A stretch of 64,000 nt of DNA from Bacteroidales bacterium (GTDB lineage: Bacteria > Bacteroidota > Bacteroidia > Bacteroidales > B18-G4). Shown here piece after piece: positions 49,546 through 59,357 of the stretch (positions within the stretch are counted from its first letter, which is position 1; each line of letters starts with the position of its first letter). The position numbers were made by a program, and so were the translations under genes. The stretch spans positions 9,523 through 73,522 of the forward strand of contig JAVVEM010000011.1 of the NCBI GenBank assembly GCA_032250805.1. Direction: 5' to 3'. The notes beneath the pieces are model-generated. The model saw only the letters and a program-made list of their open reading frames with translations. It searched no databases and was not told where the DNA came from.

Positions 49546-50409
49546 TTATCCTAAATATGTTTTTAATATTTTACTTCTCGAGGTATGCTTCAGTCGGCGA
49601 ATGGCTTTTTCCTTGATCTGCCTCACGCGTTCGCGGGTAAGGTCGAATTTCTCGCCGATCTCTTCCAGGGTCATCGGGTGCTTGCTATTCAGTCCGAAAT
49701 AGAGCCTTACCACATCAGCTTCACGAGGTGTAAGCGTGGATATGGCCCTGTCGATCTCTTTTTTCAGCGAATCATAAAGCAATTGCGACTCGGGAGTTGA
49801 AGATTCGTCGCTTCTGAGGACATCATACATGGTATTGTCTTCGTCCTGCACCAGTGGGGCATCCATCGATACGTGGCGCCCTGAGTTTTTCATCGACTCC
49901 TTAACTTCATTTTCAGTGATCTCCAACAGGCTTGCAATTTCGCTTGCATTGGGCTCACGCTCATGCTCCTGTTCCAGCTTGGCGTAGGCTTTATTGATCT
50001 TATTTATCGAACCGATCTTGTTGAGCGGCAGCCTGACAATCCTCGACTGCTCGGCCAGGGCCTGCAATATCGATTGGCGGATCCACCAAACGGCATACGA
50101 GATAAATTTAAAACCGCGTGTTTCGTCGAAGCGCTGTGCAGCCTTAATAAGCCCGAGGTTTCCTTCATTGATGAGGTCGGGGAGGCTGAGCCCCTGGTTC
50201 TGATATTGCTTTGATACGGAAACCACAAACCTCAGATTTGCCTTGGTGAGTTTTTCGAGGGCAATACGGTCGCCCTGCTTGATGCGTTGCGCAAGTGCTA
50301 CTTCTTCGTCAGCAGAGATCAGTTCAACCTTGCCAATCTCCTGAAGATATTTGTCGAGAGATGCGGTTTCCCTGTTTGTAACTTGTTTGGTAATTTTTAG
50401 TTGCCTCAT
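49546..50409 (-). CDS. rpoD: Primary sigma70 factor, short Bacteroidota type (no region 1.1)
   Basis: MRQLKI start, [44 protein letters not shown]. Confidence 0.93.
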   Translation of the reverse strand: MRQLKITKQVTNRETASLDKYLQEIGKVELISADEEVALAQRIKQGDRIALEKLTKANLRFVVSVSKQYQNQGLSLPDLINEGNLGLIKAAQRFDETRGFKFISYAVWWIRQSILQALAEQSRIVRLPLNKIGSINKINKAYAKLEQEHEREPNASEIASLLEITENEVKESMKNSGRHVSMDAPLVQDEDNTMYDVLRSDESSTPESQLLYDSLKKEIDRAISTLTPREADVVRLYFGLNSKHPMTLEEIGEKFDLTRERVRQIKEKAIRRLKHTSRSKILKTYLG

Positions 50410-50562
50410 ACACCAGCGTTCATTAGTATTTGGTTAAATCACTGATCTGAATTGCTTTAAAGGCCTGAAGTTGATTGTTATCCCGTCTGCTTCAGTTTTT
50501 AACAATACCAGTAGCATCTTATACGCAAAGCCACCGGTGGTGTTACACAAATATTTGGGTTT

Positions 50563-52692
50563 TTATTCGGGTTTTGGTAACAGCACTTTCCTCGATAATT
50601 TCAGCTTTCCTGTTTTCGGATCCAGTCCAATGAGCTTAACTTCCAGTTCCTGACCAACTTTGAGCACTTTTTCAACATCTTCCGTACGCTTCCAATCAAT
50701 CTCTGAGATGTGCAACAGACCATCTTTACCGGGAAGGATTTCGATAAATGCGCCGAAGTTTGTTATGGTTTTTACCTTGCCTTTATAAACTTCGCCCACT
50801 TCAGGTACTGCGATGATTTGCCTTATCCTGTTTTTCGCAGCTTCAATCGATGCTTTGTCTTCTGAAAAAATATCAACCATTCCAAATTCTCCTTCTTCTT
50901 CAATGGTAATGGTTGTGTTGGTTGTTGCCTGAATATCCTGTATTATTTTTCCGCCGGGACCAATGATGGCACCAATGAATTCTTTGCTTACGATCATTTT
51001 CTCGATACGCGGAACGTGAGGTTTATAATCCTTACGTGGTTCACTCATGGTTTTGGCCATCTCATCGAGGATGTGCAATCTGCCTTTTCGTGCCTGCTCG
51101 AGAGCTTCGGCGAGGATATCGTGCGAAAGGCCGTCGACCTTAATATCCATCTGGCAGGCTGTAATACCATCGCGGGTTCCGGTTACCTTAAAGTCCATAT
51201 CGCCCAGGTGGTCTTCATCGCCCAGGATATCTGATAAAACGGCATATTTTCCTGTTTCCATATCAGATATCAGTCCCATGGCAATACCTGATACCGGTTT
51301 ATGTATTTTTACGCCTGCGTCCATAAGCGAGAGTGTTCCGCCACAAACGGTAGCCATTGATGAGGATCCGTTTGATTCGAGGATGTCGGAAACAATCCTG
51401 ATGGTGTAGGGGTTTTCTTCGCTGTTGGGGATCATTCCTTTCAGTGCGCGCATGGCCAGGTTTCCATGGCCGATCTCACGCCTGCTTGTTCCCCTGATGG
51501 GTTTTGCTTCGCCGGTTGAAAAGCCGGGAAAGTTATAGTGCAGGATAAATTTTGATTTTCCTTCGATCACAGCGCCGTCGATCACCTGTTCGTCGAGTTT
51601 GGTGCCCAGGGTGGTGGTTACCAGCGACTGGGTTTCTCCGCGTGTGAAGATGGCTGAACCATGTGCCGAGGGCAGATAGTCAACTTCGCACCAGATAGGC
51701 CTGATCTCATCAAGCTTACGCCCGTCGAGGCGGATACGTTCGTTGAGGACCACATCGCGCACGATCTCCTTGTGCATGTCGTGAAAAAACGTTTTGAGTA
51801 TGCCTTCGTTTTCTTCCAGCTCTTCTTCAGTGAGGGTTTCGAGGAATTCGTTGCGAATTTCCTTGAGAAAATCACTGCGCTCATGTTTATTATTATTGAA
51901 AGTTTTAACCAGCGCAACGACTTTGTCGTAGGTGGCTTCCTTCATCTTGTTTTCAAGTTCTTCATTTGATGAAATGGACTCAACTTCACGTTTTGTCTGA
52001 GCTTTTTCCACTTCCGCAGCGAGTTCGATCTGCACGCGGCATTGTTCCTTTATCGATTCGTGGGCGAATTTTATAGCTTCGAGCATCATGGCCTCAGAAA
52101 CCTCTTTCATTTCGCCTTCTACCATATTAATGTTATCGAGCGTTCCGGCAACGATCAGGTCGAGCTCGGCAATTTCCATGTCGGATAGAGATGGGTTGAT
52201 CACGAACTCACCGTTGATCTTTGCCACGCGCACCTCTGAAATGGGGCCGTTAAAGGGAATATCTGATACTGCCAGTGCAGCGGAAGCCGCGAGGGCTGCC
52301 AATGCATCGGGGGCTACATCTTTTTCGCCTGAGATCAGGCTAAGCAGAACCTGGGTCTCATTGCGCCAGCTGTCGGGAAACAATGGCCTGAGGGCCCGGT
52401 CGATAAGGCGCGAAATGAGGATCTCCTGCTCGGAGGGCCTGGCTTCACGCTTGAAAAATCCACCCGGGAATTTGCCCGTTGCGGCATATTTTTCTTTGTA
52501 TTCTACTGTTAGCGGAAGGAAATCAAGTCCTTCCTTTGCTTCTTTGTTTGCTACTACTGTTGCCAGTATCATGGTGTTGCCCATGCGTACTACTACAGCA
52601 CCGTCGGCCTGCTTTGCCAGCCTGCCGGTTTCAATTGAAATCGTTCTTCCGTCCTTCAGAGAGAATGATTTCAGAATTCCGTTGTTTGTCAT
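50563..52692 (-). CDS. pnp: Polyribonucleotide nucleotidyltransferase
   Basis: [50 protein letters not shown] and S1 domains. Confidence 0.98.
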   Translation of the reverse strand: MTNNGILKSFSLKDGRTISIETGRLAKQADGAVVVRMGNTMILATVVANKEAKEGLDFLPLTVEYKEKYAATGKFPGGFFKREARPSEQEILISRLIDRALRPLFPDSWRNETQVLLSLISGEKDVAPDALAALAASAALAVSDIPFNGPISEVRVAKINGEFVINPSLSDMEIAELDLIVAGTLDNINMVEGEMKEVSEAMMLEAIKFAHESIKEQCRVQIELAAEVEKAQTKREVESISSNEELENKMKEATYDKVVALVKTFNNNKHERSDFLKEIRNEFLETLTEEELEENEGILKTFFHDMHKEIVRDVVLNERIRLDGRKLDEIRPIWCEVDYLPSAHGSAIFTRGETQSLVTTTLGTKLDEQVIDGAVIEGKSKFILHYNFPGFSTGEAKPIRGTSRREIGHGNLAMRALKGMIPNSEENPYTIRIVSDILESNGSSSMATVCGGTLSLMDAGVKIHKPVSGIAMGLISDMETGKYAVLSDILGDEDHLGDMDFKVTGTRDGITACQMDIKVDGLSHDILAEALEQARKGRLHILDEMAKTMSEPRKDYKPHVPRIEKMIVSKEFIGAIIGPGGKIIQDIQATTNTTITIEEEGEFGMVDIFSEDKASIEAAKNRIRQIIAVPEVGEVYKGKVKTITNFGAFIEILPGKDGLLHISEIDWKRTEDVEKVLKVGQELEVKLIGLDPKTGKLKLSRKVLLPKPE

Positions 52693-52724
52693 GTTTGTTT
52701 TAAGGTTTACGTCGTTAAAGGATT

Positions 52725-52758
52725 AAAAAAAGGCAATTGTAAAAGAAAATTGCCTTTT
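52725..52758 (-). terminator. Intrinsic terminator/attenuator between rpsO and pnp
   Basis: AAAAGGCAATT...AATTGCCTTTT inverted repeat with a T run on the minus strand. Confidence 0.7.
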
Positions 52759-52779
52759 GTATATCCGGTAGGAAGGATC

Positions 52780-53049
52780 TTATTTCCTGATCCCTAGTTT
52801 TTTGATGATTGCACGATATCTTTCAATATCATTTTTCTTCAGGTAGTCGAGCAGCCTTCTGCGTTTACCAACGAGGAGTACGAGCGACCGCCTGGTAGCA
52901 ACATCTTTCTTATTGATTTTCAAGTGATCAGTAAGGTGTTTGATACGGAATGTAAAAAGCGCAATCTGACCTTCAGCTGAGCCGGTATCGTATTCCGATT
53001 TACCATACTCCTTGAAAATTTCCTGTTTGTTTTCTGACGTTAAATACAT
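52780..53049 (-). CDS. rpsO: 30S ribosomal protein S15
   Basis: [36 protein letters not shown] promoter (minus strand) at 53079-53086. Confidence 0.98.
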   Translation of the reverse strand: MYLTSENKQEIFKEYGKSEYDTGSAEGQIALFTFRIKHLTDHLKINKKDVATRRSLVLLVGKRRRLLDYLKKNDIERYRAIIKKLGIRK

Positions 53050-53285
53050 ATTACTATTTACTTTCTAATTTCGGGCTGCAAAAATAGGGTATTCTTTTGT
53101 AATAAGCAAGAATTGGCAATTATTTATTATTTTTTTCTTCAGTCTAAACTTCTATGATGTGTGGCTGGCATTTGTGGTCTCCTCCTACAGCATCTGTTAT
53201 CGATATTTAATACCATTTGTAAGCATCCTGGCATACACTTCAATTTTTTATGTTGACTGATCATTCCGGAAATGTATCAATAGCG

Positions 53286-54914
53286 TTATATCATCTGACC
53301 TTTTCCTTGGCCGGTGAATGATATTGCGGGTTTTGAAAAGTAGTTTTCTTTTTTCCAGAAACGCAGTAAAAAATCAAGATCTTCTAAAAACATTTTCCCT
53401 TCTGCAGTTTTTAAAAACGGTATTTTTGTTTTATAATTATCCATGCAGTATAATACTAATTCTTTGGAAAACTCATCGGCCATAAGTAAACTTAAAAGAT
53501 GGTCTTTACTTTCTTCAGGGTCAAAAAATTGATTTTTGGCAGAAGGAAAAGCGCTGTTTATTCCAAAAGCTAATTCTATTCCACTGTTAGGGTTAAAGAA
53601 GACGAGGCCGCTCTCCGGTTCTTTCGAAAAATCGTATGAATCGTGGGTTTCGCCAAAAAATCCTTCGGCCCTGGCTCTTTTTTCTGCATCTTCCCGTTCT
53701 TTTTTTGAAAGCTTAAGCGAATCTCTGTGTTGATCCATATACTTTCTTATGAAATCCCCGATCTGATCCGATTCAATGAAAACAATTTGTGATCCGTGGG
53801 CAATTTCTTTAAAGGCATCGAATTGCATCTGAAGCACTTGGTCGATATTCTGTTCCTGATGGTCTAAAAAGCTAACCGCCATTCTGCTTTCTACAGAGTT
53901 TTTTTCATCCAGAATTAGATCGGCGTTAAATTCGGTTTGATAATAAACCCCCGAAAACCACCACTCATTTCGCCACTGCACAATACTTATGAACAAAATG
54001 GTGTCGGGCTTAATAAGGGTTTCAGAATGGTCGAATGATTTTTTTGTCAAATTAAATTTTTTGCCGGAAGCAATGTGCTCAATGAAGATGTCTTTCTCAT
54101 CCTGGCCTTTATACAGGAAAAAGCCGAGTATTTTTTGCGAAATATTAAGAAAATGTGTGTGCAATGGATGACTGTCGCCCAATAATTTTGCTGCCCATTC
54201 TTTGCCCTTGAGGCTTAATAAATGTGTATGAGCCTGAAGAAGGTGAGAATCCCTGTTTCCCTTTAAAAATGATAAAATATTTTCGCTATCACCATGTCTT
54301 TCAATTATTTCGAGTTCGGTTTTTTGCAATTCAATGAGCGTATCCGGGAAAAACAAATAAGAACCATAAAGAATATTATCAATTAGCCCGCGGGCAATAT
54401 AATAGTCTGTTTCATTCTTATCGATGGTATAAAACGTTTTAAGATAGTTGTTTTCAGGGGCATATTCCCATGCTGCATCAAGAACCTCCATAACGATTTC
54501 ACCAGTTTCAAAAATAAAGTCGTTGACCGGGGTGATAAACTTTTCCTTTTGAATGTTATTAATGAAAAACCAGATGAGGAAACAAACGTCTTCTGTGTTG
54601 ATCTCTTCATGAAAATATTCATCAGTATTGTAAAAAGGCAAAGGTTTTTTGTAAAGTTTGGTATGTTGCTTAACGAAAGTATTCCAAAGATTTGTTTCTG
54701 AGACAATATCCTCGAGATATGCTGCAAGGAAGCAGGATAAGAGGTTTATTTCATCCATGCTTAAATAGATCAGTAATGCCAATGAACCCTTATTGACCAG
54801 AATACTCTGTTTTATCTGGTTGCTCAGCTTCAGGTAATAGAGATCGGTAGGAATTTGCTTTTCGTATGGTTTTAGTGTCAACCAGTCTTGTATGTATATT
54901 CTGTCTTTAACCAT
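53286..54914 (-). CDS. DUF3843-like Bacteroidota protein of unknown function
   Basis: RIYIQDWL..PY....D.YYL, EDIVS, LPFY, EWWFSG, DFLLRFWK resemble this family from memory. Confidence 0.65.
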   Translation of the reverse strand: MVKDRIYIQDWLTLKPYEKQIPTDLYYLKLSNQIKQSILVNKGSLALLIYLSMDEINLLSCFLAAYLEDIVSETNLWNTFVKQHTKLYKKPLPFYNTDEYFHEEINTEDVCFLIWFFINNIQKEKFITPVNDFIFETGEIVMEVLDAAWEYAPENNYLKTFYTIDKNETDYYIARGLIDNILYGSYLFFPDTLIELQKTELEIIERHGDSENILSFLKGNRDSHLLQAHTHLLSLKGKEWAAKLLGDSHPLHTHFLNISQKILGFFLYKGQDEKDIFIEHIASGKKFNLTKKSFDHSETLIKPDTILFISIVQWRNEWWFSGVYYQTEFNADLILDEKNSVESRMAVSFLDHQEQNIDQVLQMQFDAFKEIAHGSQIVFIESDQIGDFIRKYMDQHRDSLKLSKKEREDAEKRARAEGFFGETHDSYDFSKEPESGLVFFNPNSGIELAFGINSAFPSAKNQFFDPEESKDHLLSLLMADEFSKELVLYCMDNYKTKIPFLKTAEGKMFLEDLDFLLRFWKKENYFSKPAISFTGQGKGQMI

Positions 54915-55078
54915 GATTTATCTGATTGGTTCTGAAAATATGAATCGTTAATTTTATCGGTTCAATTGCCCGGTGTCATAATAAAATGTTCAAATATAAA
55001 GACTTTCTGTCTTTTGTAATGCATTTTGGCATGAACTGCCTGAAAATGTCAAAGCAGCCGACTATTGGTGCCGAATCT

Positions 55079-56389
55079 TCATTTTTCGATTATCTTTTTT
55101 GATCTCTCTAATAAGTCTTTAAGGTCATTCTTTTCCCTAATTGATTCTTTGCCTACATTTAGCGTCATCTTTACATGTTTAATAACAGCCTTTTTGTAAC
55201 TTTCATTTTTAGCAACCTCATGTATAATTAGCAAAACTTCCATTAATCTGATTATAACAGCTGTACTTCCTGCCGAAAACTGACGGATCTGATTGAAGGC
55301 TGCATCCAAAACACCCTCAAAATCTATGGTATCTGCAATTACACGTAATTTCTTTTTCTCGTCGACACGGTATTTTGACGGAAATTTTACCTGCGCAAGG
55401 TAACACAATGTTGCTGTTAAATTGTCGATGCAGGCAATTGCCGTATAAGGGTCATTAATCCCAGGTGAAAGTGCCCGTGCTGCAATTTCAACCATTTGAT
55501 GAACTGAGAACTCAAGGTCTTGTTGGGCGGTTTTTGTTTTTCCAATAACAAATTTATAAAGAATCTTTTCTAACTCATCTTTTTCAGCTTTTTTATTGGT
55601 ATAGAATTTTCCTAACTCAGTTCCTTCCACTAAATAACCGCCGGGTCTGTAATTAATCTCAAATAATGCATTATAATTTGTCATAACATTCAATAAAGAT
55701 TCACCATCAATGTATTGAAGGTAACCGCTTTTGGGGCTTTTAACGGATACAATGTTTGCATATCCCGACTTAATAGCGTCAACAGCCAACTCCTTTTCAG
55801 CACCTGGTTCATCACCAATTTTTTCGGGGAACAAAACCCTGACTTGTTTTGAGATAAATGCTGCGATATCAGAAATAACTTTATCTGCCTGAATGCTCAT
55901 GGCGATTTGGTGGATAAAAACAATGAGCAAAATGATATTTGCAATCGCCGCAAAAATTGCTATGAGTATGGAAAGGGATGGGATGAAGGAATGTCCATTG
56001 GTTTCTTTTATAGAATTTAAAACAATAAGGCAGTATTAATAAGTAGATATGTAAGAGCCCAGCACAATTTGATTAAGCCTCACATACATAAAGTTTTTTA
56101 TCAGTCGCGGGCCTAATTGCGAAGAAGCCAGGGTTAATGCCACAAGTGTAACTGAAAAGACAGTGCCGGCAACTCCGATCATGGCCCCTGATATGGTAGA
56201 GAGTATGCTGCGGGCAGAATCTGCGCTGCTGACAAAAAAGAAACGTCCCAGACCTTCGTGTGAGAAAGTAATGATCTGTTCAGTATAAACGAATCCGATT
56301 GCCAGCAGTATTGAAAGAAGAATGATCAGGACAGGAATAAACCAGAAAGTTGCCTTCAATTCATTCCAGAAAAAAAGCAGTTTTTTCAT
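55079..56389 (-). pseudogene. DUF2254 membrane protein interrupted by one in-frame TAA (56036-56038)
   Basis: ORFs 56036..56389 and 55079..55930 are in the same frame; the 35 codons between them are open (YCLIVLNS...). Family motifs SSQLGPRL, SGYLQYID, RALSPGINDP. Confidence 0.85.
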
Positions 56390-56447
56390 AATTCTTGTTT
56401 ATGACGTTTTTTTCAGTTTAATTCTTTCAGTATTGCAACTAATAATT

Positions 56448-56469
56448 GGCAGGCGTGTGCCTTGCCGGC
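56448..56469. repeat. REP-like palindrome, copy 1
   Basis: GGCAGGCGTGTGCCTTGCCGGC; 20/22 identical to 58915-58936. Confidence 0.55.
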
Positions 56470-56585
56470 TTTAATGTTTAAGGTATGGAAATGATCCTGA
56501 AATAATGAAATAATGAAAAAATTTTTTTCTTGTCAAAAAAAATGCTTATATTAGAAAAATTGTGAATTTAAAAAAATAAAAAGTT

Positions 56586-56924
56586 ATGAAAAAATCAACT
56601 TCAAATGCATTAATTGGATTTTTAGCAGGTGCTGCAGCAGGTGCAGTAATAGGCATTCTTTACGCCCCTGACAAAGGAAGTAAAACGAGAAAGAATATAA
56701 AGAAAAAATCAAAGAAGATTACTTCAGATGTTACTGAATCTGTGAAGGACCAGGTGGACAATATGAAAAAACAGGTTAACAACTTTGTGGATGAACTGAA
56801 GAGCAAGATCTCAAATCTTGAAAAAGAGGTGGATGAAAAGGTAACAGAGGAAAAAAATAAAGCCGCCCAAAAGGTTGAGGACAAGGCAAGGAAGGCAAAA
56901 AAGCCGACTGGAAAACAGGTATAA
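56586..56924 (+). CDS. YtxH domain protein
   Basis: GFLAGAAAGAVIGILYAPDKGSKTRK followed by a charged coiled coil. Confidence 0.9.
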   Translation: MKKSTSNALIGFLAGAAAGAVIGILYAPDKGSKTRKNIKKKSKKITSDVTESVKDQVDNMKKQVNNFVDELKSKISNLEKEVDEKVTEEKNKAAQKVEDKARKAKKPTGKQV

Positions 56925-56946
56925 ATATTAATTTAATTGAATATTC

Positions 56947-57306
56947 ATGGCCAAGAGCGATTTATCGAAGAACCTATCGTCGGTTACAGATGTGATGAAA
57001 GATTATTTGCAGGCAAAACTGGATATTTTTAAGCTGGATTTGTTGCAAAGGTCGACCAGGGCAGGAGTTTTCCTGTTCACCTTTATTACTGTTCTTTTCT
57101 CTGTTTTTGCAGTCGCCATATTCCTGATGTTTTCGTTTAGTTTCTGGTATGGTGCACGAACAGGAAACCTCTCACAGGGATTTCTTATCTCGGCAGCAGT
57201 TTTTTTGCTGGTTCTGATCGTTGTTTTCTTATTCAGGAAAGCTATTATTGGAAGAAGTATAATAAAGAATATTTCCAAAATTCTTTTTTCTGACGATGAT
57301 GATTAA
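56947..57306 (+). CDS. YqjE-like ('phage holin family') two-TM protein
   Basis: Y...K.D..KL N-terminal helix, two TM segments; typical position after a YtxH gene. Confidence 0.7.
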   Translation: MAKSDLSKNLSSVTDVMKDYLQAKLDIFKLDLLQRSTRAGVFLFTFITVLFSVFAVAIFLMFSFSFWYGARTGNLSQGFLISAAVFLLVLIVVFLFRKAIIGRSIIKNISKILFSDDDD

Positions 57307-57327
57307 CCAAAAGTAAAAGCACTTAGG

Positions 57328-57552
57328 ATGGAGAAATATACCGACTTTACAAAGCTCAGAACAGATAAGGATATCAAGCTGGCAAAGCTCAGCCTCAGGC
57401 ATAAAGTTGTTTTGCAGGAGAGAATGATTGGCGATACCTTCCAAAACTTCGGGGAGTATTTTGTGAACTCCCTGAAGTTAACAGTTGTGCAAATTGGAAC
57501 AAGCATTCTAACGGCAACACTCATAAGATTGATACGATCAAATTCAAAATAG
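57328..57552 (+). CDS. Small hypothetical protein (third gene of the YtxH trio)
   Basis: 74 aa, co-oriented, basic N-terminal helix and hydrophobic C-terminus. Confidence 0.6.
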   Translation: MEKYTDFTKLRTDKDIKLAKLSLRHKVVLQERMIGDTFQNFGEYFVNSLKLTVVQIGTSILTATLIRLIRSNSK

Positions 57553-57588
57553 CACTGGTAGTGTTGTTTTTTCTGTTGTGCCGGATAA

Positions 57589-58419
57589 CTAAAAATTAAT
57601 ATTCACCACAAGGCCATTATATTGACCGGTAATTGGAACAACGGAAAGATTGTACATGCTTCTTTTTTTATGAAGATGAGGTGTTAAAATCCCAATTGTT
57701 GCTCCAATAGCTGTTCCTGCTGCAATATCTGTTGGGAAGTGTTTAAAGCCTCTGTACCTTTGATATCCGACAAAAGTAGGAGGGATAAGTGCAGCCGCAA
57801 ACAATAACCATTTCTTTGCACCCAACTCGGGATGATAATCGCTAATAACTTTGGCTATAAAAAAAGAAGCTGCTGCCGTTGTTGAGGTATGTCCGCTAAA
57901 AAATGAGTTGGTGGTACCGCTTTTCAATTTTTCATCCATCGGTGCTGCAGGCATGTAAACTATTGGCCTTTTTCGCGTTGTAAGTAATGGCCCTGAGTAA
58001 GTAAATAATAAATTTACCGCCTGTGTTTCAACATACAGGAATAAAACATCGTACCAGTCTTTCTGTATTTTTTTATCAAGTAATAATAAAGCCGGCAGCG
58101 CTGCCATAATGTTCATCCCCCAATCTGAAGCTGTCAGGGCTTTATTACGGCTTGCTTCGTTATAACTTTGGTTGACAGCTCGTCTGTCAAATGTCCAAAT
58201 GTTGGTTTTGTTTAAGGAATTTATTTGTTGTGTATTCAGTGCAGGCTTATTTGTTAACAGGCTTAATAAATAAAAATCAAGCGCATATTGACCAATGGTA
58301 AGCGGAATTTCGTATTTATAGTTCAGACAATACACTTTGCTGGATTGTACACTATCAGCTTGTCCACATGCACCTGTAAAAACAATGCTAAAGCCTGCAA
58401 CTAAAAATAATTTTTTCAC
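57589..58419 (-). CDS. PAP2-family phosphatase
   Basis: RKRP, SFFSGHT and R...KHFPTD motifs; signal-like N-terminus. Confidence 0.85.
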   Translation of the reverse strand: MKKLFLVAGFSIVFTGACGQADSVQSSKVYCLNYKYEIPLTIGQYALDFYLLSLLTNKPALNTQQINSLNKTNIWTFDRRAVNQSYNEASRNKALTASDWGMNIMAALPALLLLDKKIQKDWYDVLFLYVETQAVNLLFTYSGPLLTTRKRPIVYMPAAPMDEKLKSGTTNSFFSGHTSTTAAASFFIAKVISDYHPELGAKKWLLFAAALIPPTFVGYQRYRGFKHFPTDIAAGTAIGATIGILTPHLHKKRSMYNLSVVPITGQYNGLVVNINF

Positions 58420-58604
58420 TGGCTGGTATTATTTATTCAGCAGATTTCAAATAATAAAAGTAATAACGTAATAAATGACTGAATTGACATGATCAATCAA
58501 TATTAAACTTATTATTCGATAAAATAGGCTCATTTGCCTTGTTCAATTTTGTGAACATTGTTCCTTTCAGGTGTTCTGCCTTCATTTCATTGTGGCAGAC
58601 AAAA

Positions 58605-58649
58605 GTGGGAGGCATTACCGTCTATAATGACCGGAGCCGTCTACCCGAT
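58605..58649 (+). mobile_element. Remnant 3' end (domain VI) of a group IIC intron
   Basis: GTGGGAGGC...GCCGTCTACCCGAT: hairpin, candidate branch A 7 nt from an AT end. Resembles Bacteroidota IIC intron ends from memory; no domain V or RT present. Confidence 0.5.
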
Positions 58650-58683
58650 TATGCGCTGGCTATATGTTTCTGAGATCCTTTAA

Positions 58684-58872
58684 TTATTCCTTTGAATTTT
58701 TAATAATTGAGTATCTGAATAATATCAGTATAAAAAAAATAAGTAATCCAATATAACTCTTACTATTCGTAGTCCAACTCAAATTATTGAAATCAAAAAT
58801 ACTGATTGAAATGGTTATAATCACTATTGCAATTACTGTAATCAGGTCTGACTTTCTGGAAAATAGTCCCAT
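58684..58872 (-). CDS. Small two-TM membrane protein, cassette-like
   Basis: 62 aa, two hydrophobic helices around FDFNNLSW..N.KSY; very AT-rich. Confidence 0.6.
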   Translation of the reverse strand: MGLFSRKSDLITVIAIVIITISISIFDFNNLSWTTNSKSYIGLLIFFILILFRYSIIKNSKE

Positions 58873-58911
58873 ATCTTAATTGTTATTTTTTATTTCAGCT
58901 TGCATATAAGT

Positions 58912-58936
58912 GCCGGCAGGCATCTGCCTTGCCGGC
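58912..58936. repeat. REP-like palindrome, copy 2
   Basis: GCCGGCAGGCA-TC-TGCCTTGCCGGC hairpin. Confidence 0.55.
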
Positions 58937-59155
58937 CCCGGGGTTCTTACCACACTAAGTTAAGGAATTTGTGTGTATTTGTGCGATAGGGGCGAAAAAA
59001 AAGATTGTACATTGACCATTTTTTATGTCATATGTTATATTTTGTTCTACAAAGCCGGTTAAACTACAGCGTTCATCCTGCTTCACCCGTCGCAGCTTTT
59101 TATCCTTTGCCGGGGCTTCGGATGATGAGCAGAGAAGGCAGGATGCCAATGGGAT

Positions 59156-59340
59156 TAACAGCCTTTATATATATTTCATTTGTAGCAAACTCCTGAATAA
59201 TAAGTAAAACTTCCATTAATCTGATTATCGCAGCTGTACTTTTTCCTGAAAATTGTCGGATCTGATTGAATTCTGCACCCAAAACGCCTTCAAAATTTAT
59301 GGTATCTGCATTTACCCGCAGTTTCTTTTTCTCGTCAACA
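59156..59340 (-). pseudogene. 185-bp fragment of a second DUF2254 gene
   Basis: Ungapped match to 55183-55367 with 29 mismatches by hand count (~84% identity); encodes FNQIRQFSG..TAAIIRLMEVL. Confidence 0.85.
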
Positions 59341-59357
59341 GAAATGAGGATGGTGTT

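Noticed and set aside
49546-50409. Unusually short RpoD
   Set aside because: Absence of region 1.1 is the normal form of the Bacteroidota primary sigma factor.
52088-52726. 212-aa antisense ORF over pnp, and the many similar 60-200 aa shadow ORFs in the track
   Set aside because: They lie opposite or out of frame within well-supported genes and show no recognisable motifs.
56036-56038. Programmed stop-codon recoding in DUF2254
   Set aside because: The codon is TAA, which terminates many genes in this window; it is not a Sec or Pyl codon.
56947-57306. 'Phage holin' as evidence of a prophage
   Set aside because: YqjE-like family in a YtxH context; no endolysin or other phage genes in the window.
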